From NCBI GenBank assembly GCA_002172655.2, contig NHEL02000012.1, forward strand, positions 6,455-70,454: DNA of 64,000 bases, given 5' to 3'. The notes beneath the pieces were generated by a model. The model was given only the letters and a program-made list of their open reading frames with translations. It had not been told where the DNA came from and did no database searches. Of this stretch, positions 58,397 to 64,000 are shown one piece after another (position 1 is the stretch's first letter; each line of letters opens with the position of its first letter). The DNA comes from Flavobacteriales bacterium TMED84. GTDB taxonomy: Bacteria > Bacteroidota > Bacteroidia > Flavobacteriales > BACL11. A program made the position numbers and the translations under genes.

Positions 58397-59266
58397 TTGA
58401 AAATTTTAGATGGAAAATATATTTCTTCTGTAATAAGAAATGAGATAAAGACAGAAGTAGAAAGAAACTCACCAACTAGACCTCATTTATGTGCGATTTT
58501 AATTGGAGATAATGGAGCCAGTAGAACATATGTAAACGCAAAGGTAAAAGCATGTGAAGAAGTTGGATTTAAGTCAACTTTACTTCACTATGATGATATT
58601 TTAGAACTTGATTTGCTAGATAAGATTGAAGAAATTAATAATGATAAAAATATTGATGGACTTATTGTTCAGCTTCCTTTGCCAAAGCATATTGATGAAA
58701 ATAAGATAACTTTAGCTGTAAAACCCGCCAAGGATGTTGATGGATTTCATCCTGTTAATATGGGAAAGATGATGTTAGGGCTTGATTCAATGATTCCAGC
58801 TACTCCAGCTGGAATAATAGAGTTGATTAAAAGATATAAAATTAAAACTTTAGGCAAAAAATGTGTTGTTGTTGGCAGAAGTAATATTGTTGGGCTTCCC
58901 ATAAGTGTTTTACTAGCAAAAAATAAATATCCTGGCAATTGTACCGTAACTTTAACACATTCAAAATCAAAAAATTTAAAAGAAATTTGTGCTTCAGCTG
59001 ATATTTTGATAGTTGCTCTAGGTGTTGCAAATTTTATAAAATCAGATATGGTAAAAAAGAATTGTGTGATTATAGATGTTGGAATTAGTAGAGTGAAATC
59101 TGACAAAACAAAATCTGGATGGAAATTATTAGGAGATGTTGATTTTGAAAACGTAAAAGATAAATGTGATTATATAACACCTGTACCCGGCGGTGTTGGA
59201 CCAATGACTATTGCGATGTTGTTAGCTAATACCCTTAAAGCTTCGAAAAAAGAAAATAAATTTTAA
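58397..59266 (+). CDS. folD: Bifunctional methylenetetrahydrofolate dehydrogenase/methenyl-THF cyclohydrolase
   Basis: ILDGK start region, VGDNGASRTYV, VQLPLP, GRSNIVG, PVPGGVGPMT. The TTG at 58397 gives the canonical (M)KILDGK N-terminus. The track start at 58340 lies inside ffh. Confidence 0.9.
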   Translation: MKILDGKYISSVIRNEIKTEVERNSPTRPHLCAILIGDNGASRTYVNAKVKACEEVGFKSTLLHYDDILELDLLDKIEEINNDKNIDGLIVQLPLPKHIDENKITLAVKPAKDVDGFHPVNMGKMMLGLDSMIPATPAGIIELIKRYKIKTLGKKCVVVGRSNIVGLPISVLLAKNKYPGNCTVTLTHSKSKNLKEICASADILIVALGVANFIKSDMVKKNCVIIDVGISRVKSDKTKSGWKLLGDVDFENVKDKCDYITPVPGGVGPMTIAMLLANTLKASKKENKF

Positions 59267-61230
59267 CTTTTCAATTCCTTTTGCAGAGATTTAATTTCTT
59301 CTCTAACTCTTATTGCCCCATCAAAATCTAATTCTTTTGCAAGTTTGTTCATCTCTAATTTTTTTATTTTGATCTCCTTTTTAATCTCACTTTGTGATAA
59401 ATTCAGAGGGTTTTTTTCGTAACTTTTTTTGTCAATTTTTTTTACAATGGTATTTTTTTTCTTTCTAGTAATTTGAGTTGGTGTAATTTGATTTTTCTCA
59501 TTAAATTCTTCTTGAAGCTTTCTTCTTCTGTTAGTTTCATCAATTGTTTTTTTCATTGAATCAGTAATTTTATCAGCGTACATGATTACCCTACCATTTA
59601 AATTTCTTGCTGCTCTTCCAGCGGTTTGTGTCAAGGACCTGTGAGATCTTAAAAAACCTTCTTTATCAGCGTCTATTATAGCCACTAAGCTAACCTCAGG
59701 AAGATCAAGACCTTCTCTTAATAAATTAACTCCAACAATAACATCTATTTTTTCTTCAACTAAGGAATTTAAAATTTCAACTCTCTCAATTGTGTCAATA
59801 TCCGAATGCAAGTATGAACAATTTATGTTAAATCTACCTAAGTATTTTGATAGTTCCTCGGCCATTTTTTTTGTTAGTGTTGTAACTAAACTTTTTTCAT
59901 TTTTTTCAACCCTCAGCCTAATTTCTTCAATTAAATCATCAATTTGATTTTTTATTGGTCTAATTTCTATGATTGGATCTAATAAGCCAGTGGGTCTAAT
60001 GATTTGCTCTGTTACAATTCCATTTGATTTGTTTAGTTCATAGTCGGATGGAGTAGCGCTAACAAAAATTGTTTGCTTACTTATTTGATCAAATTCCTCA
60101 AACTTTAAAGGTCTATTGTCTAAGGCTGATGGTAATCTAAACCCATGTTCTACAAGATTTTCTTTTCTTGATCTATCACCTCCGTACATTCCTCGTATTT
60201 GAGGAATTGTCACATGACTTTCATCTATAATTGTAAGATAATTTTCTGGAAAATAGTCAAGTAAACAAAATGGTCTGGCACCAGGTTTTCTGCCGTCAAA
60301 ATAACGTGAATAATTCTCAATACCACTACAATATCCTAACTCTTTTATCATTTCAATATCCAAATTAGTACGTTCCTCAAGTCTTTTAGCTTCAATATTT
60401 CTAAAATCTTGTTTTAAGTATTCAGTTCTTCTAAGTAAATCTTTTTGCATATCAAAAATCGCATCATTAACCTTATTTGAAGATGTCATAAACAAGTTAG
60501 TTGGGCATATTCTAATATTATCATGTTTTTCTAAGAATTTAAATTCTTTACTAGTGTAACTTTCAATGCCAGCTATCTTATTTTCATCAAATTTAATTCT
60601 GAACACAATGTCTGAGTAAGATGGATATACGTCAACATTATTTCCAATTGCTCTAAAAGTTCCTCTTTCTAGACTTTCAGTTGTTCTTGAATAAAATGCA
60701 TTTACTAAGCTCTTAATTAAAATTTGCCTATCCATTTTTAAGTTTTGATTTAAAAAAATTATTCCATTATAATAATCATCAGGATTACCCATACCGTAAA
60801 TACAAGAAACAGAAGAAACAACAATTATGTCTTTTCTACCAGAAAGTAGTGATGAAGTTGCTTTTAATCTGTATTTTTCTATCTCTTCATTAATTGATAA
60901 ATCTTTCTCAATATAAATTCCAGTAGATGGAATATATGCTTCTGGTTGATAATAATCATAATACGATACAAAATATTCTACACTATTATTGGGAAAAAAA
61001 GATTTGAACTCACTAAATAATTGAGCAGCAAGTGTTTTATTATGACTAAGAACAAGTGTAGGTCTTCCAATTTCTTTAATTACATTGGCAACTGTGAATG
61101 TTTTTCCTGATCCAGTAACACCAAGTAAAGTTTGGTAAGGAAAACTATTGTTTAATCCAGAGACTAGTTCATTAATGGCTTTTGGCTGATCACCAGTTGG
61201 TTTAAAATTTGATTCTAATTTAAAATTCAT
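59263..61230 (-). CDS. uvrB: Excinuclease ABC subunit B
   Basis: GVTGSGKTF, DESH, helicase C motifs. C-terminal UVR domain FDGAIRVREEI. The ATG at 61230 (MNFKLESNFKPTGDQP) is preferred over the track start, which overlaps aroE. Confidence 0.95.
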   Translation of the reverse strand: MNFKLESNFKPTGDQPKAINELVSGLNNSFPYQTLLGVTGSGKTFTVANVIKEIGRPTLVLSHNKTLAAQLFSEFKSFFPNNSVEYFVSYYDYYQPEAYIPSTGIYIEKDLSINEEIEKYRLKATSSLLSGRKDIIVVSSVSCIYGMGNPDDYYNGIIFLNQNLKMDRQILIKSLVNAFYSRTTESLERGTFRAIGNNVDVYPSYSDIVFRIKFDENKIAGIESYTSKEFKFLEKHDNIRICPTNLFMTSSNKVNDAIFDMQKDLLRRTEYLKQDFRNIEAKRLEERTNLDIEMIKELGYCSGIENYSRYFDGRKPGARPFCLLDYFPENYLTIIDESHVTIPQIRGMYGGDRSRKENLVEHGFRLPSALDNRPLKFEEFDQISKQTIFVSATPSDYELNKSNGIVTEQIIRPTGLLDPIIEIRPIKNQIDDLIEEIRLRVEKNEKSLVTTLTKKMAEELSKYLGRFNINCSYLHSDIDTIERVEILNSLVEEKIDVIVGVNLLREGLDLPEVSLVAIIDADKEGFLRSHRSLTQTAGRAARNLNGRVIMYADKITDSMKKTIDETNRRRKLQEEFNEKNQITPTQITRKKKNTIVKKIDKKSYEKNPLNLSQSEIKKEIKIKKLEMNKLAKELDFDGAIRVREEIKSLQKELKS

Positions 61231-61234
61231 AATA

Positions 61235-61951
61235 CTATATTTTCCAAATCTTCCAACTTTCAATTGCTTGATTGATAAGCATTTCATGACCATTTAGGGT
61301 ATTTGCACATTTTTTTTGGCATTTTTTCAAAAACATTGTCTGAACTGGGTTATAGATTAAATCAATAGCAGTATGTGTTTCATTAACTTGATCATAATTA
61401 ATATCAGGAAATCTATCAATATTATGAACCATTCCAAGTGTAGTTGTGTTAATTATAATATCAAAGTCAATCAAGTTATTTTTTTTAAGAAATTCATAAT
61501 CAAATTTACTTCTTCTACTAACAACTAAGTAGTCAAGATTTAATTTTCTTAAAACATATTGTATACTTTTTGATGCCCCTCCGTTTCCAAGCACTAAACA
61601 TTTTTTATTATTTAATAATTGTTTTTTATATGCTTTAATAAATCCTAAATAATCAGTATTAAAGCCAATCAAATCACTTCCATCAACTTTAATTGTATTT
61701 ATTGCACCAATTTTTGAAGAAACATCATCAATTTTATTAAGATATTTTTTTATTGATAATTTGTAAGGAGATGTTACATTTAAACCTATAATATTTTTTT
61801 TCTTGATATAATTATGTAATTGATCAATTCTGTTGATTTCAAGATTTACATATTCAAGATTTTTAATGTTTTCTTTCTCTATTTTTTCATTAAAAAATTT
61901 TATTGAGAAAGAACTTGATAAATTTTTACCAACAAGCGCGATTCTTCTCAT
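61235..61951 (-). CDS. aroE: Shikimate dehydrogenase (short form)
   Basis: LNVTSPYK, NT..DG.GF region, NADP-binding GNGGASKS. 238 aa. Confidence 0.8.
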   Translation of the reverse strand: MRRIALVGKNLSSSFSIKFFNEKIEKENIKNLEYVNLEINRIDQLHNYIKKKNIIGLNVTSPYKLSIKKYLNKIDDVSSKIGAINTIKVDGSDLIGFNTDYLGFIKAYKKQLLNNKKCLVLGNGGASKSIQYVLRKLNLDYLVVSRRSKFDYEFLKKNNLIDFDIIINTTTLGMVHNIDRFPDINYDQVNETHTAIDLIYNPVQTMFLKKCQKKCANTLNGHEMLINQAIESWKIWKI

Positions 61952-61953
61952 TT

Positions 61954-62859
61954 TTAATCTGAAGAACGATGTTCAATTAATGAAACTAATAAAAAACCGA
62001 TAACCATGAGAACTAATGTTGAAATAAAGTAAATGCTCGTTTCAAATGGAAATTTATAGTTGTATGCCAAAGTAATATCAAATAAAGATAAATCGATATT
62101 TCTATAAACGGCCAATTTATCTTTGAAGGGCCATATAATATGTATTGAACCAATCATAAACCCAGTTAAAATTGCAATAGTCTGATTTTTATACTTCTTC
62201 AATAAAAAAGCTATTGCGTGAGAAAAAATTAGAAGTCCAATAACAGATCCAATTAAAAATAGAGATAATATTTTTACATTTAAGTTTACTATAGATTCAA
62301 CAAGTATCAGCTCATAATTACCCATCAAAATTAAAATAAATGAGCCGGAAAGACCGGGAAGTAACATACCAGAGGTTCCAATTGCACCACATAATAAAAT
62401 GTAAAATGAATTGGTGTTTTCTGAGCTAGATGCTCCAACTGTAAGGTAGTATGCTATAATTACGCCAGCGAAAAGTGAAAAAAATGTAGATAATCCCCAT
62501 TTTTTTATTCTCTTACCGACATAATATATTGATGCAACAATTAATCCAAAAAATAAAGCCCAAATGTGACTAGGATATTTTTCAAATAAAAACTCAAAAA
62601 GTTTTGCAACAGAAAAAACACTTGCGATTGATCCAGAAAAAACAAGAGATATAAATTTAAGATTTACGTGTTTTGAAAAATCTTTAAATTTTAGATTTAG
62701 AATTAATTTTAATGCTCTATAGTTAAATGATTTTAATGAAAAAATTAAATCTTCATAGATATTTGTTATTAATGCAATAGTGCCACCAGAAACACCTGGG
62801 ATAATATTTGCAATTCCCATAAAAAATCCTTTAAGAAATAATAAAAAATCTTTATTCAT
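61954..62859 (-). CDS. DUF368 family polytopic membrane protein
   Basis: GIANIIPGVSGGTIALI and a second LLPGLSGSFILILMG repeat are typical of DUF368. Confidence 0.8.
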   Translation of the reverse strand: MNKDFLLFLKGFFMGIANIIPGVSGGTIALITNIYEDLIFSLKSFNYRALKLILNLKFKDFSKHVNLKFISLVFSGSIASVFSVAKLFEFLFEKYPSHIWALFFGLIVASIYYVGKRIKKWGLSTFFSLFAGVIIAYYLTVGASSSENTNSFYILLCGAIGTSGMLLPGLSGSFILILMGNYELILVESIVNLNVKILSLFLIGSVIGLLIFSHAIAFLLKKYKNQTIAILTGFMIGSIHIIWPFKDKLAVYRNIDLSLFDITLAYNYKFPFETSIYFISTLVLMVIGFLLVSLIEHRSSD

Positions 62860-63604
62860 TGGTGAAAAATATCTAATGTGTCTGCTCTAAGTCCAAGCCT
62901 AAGGCACTCAAGTGCAATAACTCCATCAGATGAGATATTACCCAAATTCACATCTGTTCCTAATTTTCTAATAAACCATGACTGTTGCCCTTTAAGTGGA
63001 GTTTCCCAAATAATCTTGCTCGTGTCGATTTTGGAGACAATTATATTGAATAGTTTTTCATCGATTTGGAAATTAGAGTCATATATACCTGTATTTCCTG
63101 ATTCTCTTGATTCAGCAATAACTTTCCATGAACCTGAGCTGATTTCACTAGTCATCTGGTCAACCCAATCTTTATTTGATAAAGCATCGGAGTCAAGTTT
63201 AGATCCAACCTCAGAGATAACTTTAAACTCTTTACTTAGTTGATTAATAATTTTACATTTTTCTTGATGATCTATTTTAATTGAGCCATCAGATATTTCA
63301 ATAATATTTAATTCATGTTTTATGTTAAATTTTATGAAATCATTAATTTTTTTTTTTGAGAAAAAATAGTTCAAAAAGAGTTCCTCCAAAAAAGACATCT
63401 ATTTTTTTTTTGCTTGAAAATTTTTATTTTTTCCGCTAAATTTTTTGTGATTAGTGAAGACCCAAATCCAATTTTGACCATATCAATATAATCACCTGCT
63501 TTTTCAACTAAACTCTCAGATTCTACAAGGCTTAACCCTTTATCTATTACCATAGTTATACCGACATTTCTTGGTTTTAACGGTCTTATGGGCAAGTTGA
63601 TCAT
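62856..63604 (-). pseudogene. comA: Phosphosulfolactate synthase (ComA family) homolog, interrupted by two frameshifts in poly(A) tracts (ORF fragments 63371..63604 and 62856..63398)
   Basis: N-fragment PRNVGITMVIDKG...AGDYIDMVKIGFGSS. C-fragment IIEISDGSI...AESRESGNTGIYD...ALECLRLGLRADT. The conserved IDVFFGGTLFELFF segment is encoded only in the third frame, between T10 (63402-63411) and T11 (63347-63357). Confidence 0.8.
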
Positions 63605-63620
63605 ATTTTGTAATTTAATA

Positions 63621-63628
63621 CAAATATA
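63621..63628 (-). promoter_or_regulatory. Putative -7 promoter box (TATATTTG) for the comA-DUF368-aroE-uvrB gene string
   Basis: + strand CAAATATA lies 17 nt upstream of the ATG at 63604. Confidence 0.35.
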
Positions 63629-63656
63629 AATAACTATATCTCAATTTTATTTATTA

Positions 63657-63664
63657 TAATTTTG
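63657..63664 (+). promoter_or_regulatory. Putative -7 promoter box (TAATTTTG) for glmM
   Basis: Ends 15 nt upstream of the ATG at 63679. Confidence 0.35.
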
Positions 63665-63678
63665 CTAAAATTTAAATT

Positions 63679-64000
63679 ATGACATTAATTAAATCAATTT
63701 CAGGAATTAGGGGAACTATTGGAGGTGATATAGGTAGTTCACTTACGCCTAATGATGTTGTTAGTTTTACTGCCGCGTACGCTGTTTGGATTAAATCAAA
63801 AAATCTATACAATACTGTTATAATTGGAAGAGATGCCCGTGTATCTGGGGAAATGATATCTAATTTAGTTTGTTCTACGCTACAATTATCTGGAATTGAT
63901 GTTATAGATATTGGCTTATCTACAACACCTACTGTTGAAATTTCAGTACTTGAGAATAACTATTCGGGTGGAATTATAATAACGGCCAGTCATAATCCTG
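63679..64000 (+). CDS. glmM: Phosphoglucosamine mutase (alpha-D-phosphohexomutase family); 3' end cut by window edge
   Basis: Hand-translated MTLIKSISGIRGTIGG...IIGRDARVSGEM...GGIIITASHNP. TASHNP is the phosphoserine active-site loop. Not in the ORF track because no stop lies inside the window. Confidence 0.85.
   Translation, partial: MTLIKSISGIRGTIGGDIGSSLTPNDVVSFTAAYAVWIKSKNLYNTVIIGRDARVSGEMISNLVCSTLQLSGIDVIDIGLSTTPTVEISVLENNYSGGIIITASHNP

Noticed and set aside
1-64000. Scan for tRNA/rRNA/tmRNA/RNase P-like GC-rich islands, CRISPR-like spaced repeats, IS/transposase/integrase genes, and toxin-antitoxin or restriction-modification pairs.
   Set aside because: None was seen. Every gap longer than about 100 nt was read on both strands, and the longest gaps are 224, 218 (with the small ORF), 179, 157 and 150 nt. 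The window appears to be uninterrupted core genome, so I do not claim a novel system here.

Overview
This is a visibly AT-rich, very gene-dense chromosomal core segment with about 65 genes. Many neighbouring genes overlap by 1-11 nt, and only a handful of intergenic gaps exceed 150 nt. It looks like a streamlined member of Bacteroidota, most likely Flavobacteriia. The evidence is lineage-typical small families (DUF4295 right after rpmG, PUR-like DUF3276, DUF5683, DUF1573, WbqC after lepB), no Shine-Dalgarno-like sequences, and recurrent TAnnTTTG -7 promoter boxes at a fixed short distance from start codons. The content is housekeeping. DNA replication and repair: dnaA, recA, uvrA, uvrB, ruvX, nth, mutL and an AddAB-like helicase-nuclease pair. 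Partition: parA/parB. Translation: thrS-infC-rpmI-rplT, rpmB, rpmG, rimO, rlmD. Secretion: ffh, ftsY, lepB, yajC. Metabolism: methylmalonyl-CoA mutase, acyl-CoA carboxylase beta, rocD, dapB, aroE, folD, coaE, bshA, glmM. Also present are two ABC exporters, a Kv-type K+ channel, two rhomboids and a nucleotide-scavenging cluster. I found no rRNA, tRNA, CRISPR, transposase/integrase, or recognisable defence or mobile island, and I do not see a convincing novel multi-gene system. The observations most worth a second look are these. (1) Three frameshifts each add one extra base inside a long poly(A) tract on the coding strand: one splits mutL and two split a phosphosulfolactate-synthase (comA-family) gene. 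They are either homopolymer sequencing errors or real slippage-prone or mutator-linked lesions. (2) The rpmB/rpmG ribosomal-protein cluster is interrupted by a Cys-repeat lipoprotein plus a secreted M1 peptidase, with no room for terminators. (3) Methylmalonyl-CoA mutase is a single 971-aa polypeptide with a truncated MutA-like N-terminal remnant fused to MutB. (4) infC must start at a non-ATG/GTG/TTG codon. (5) Two conserved-looking small ORFs fall below the 60-aa cutoff of the ORF track. All homology calls are from motif recognition by eye; no database search was possible.
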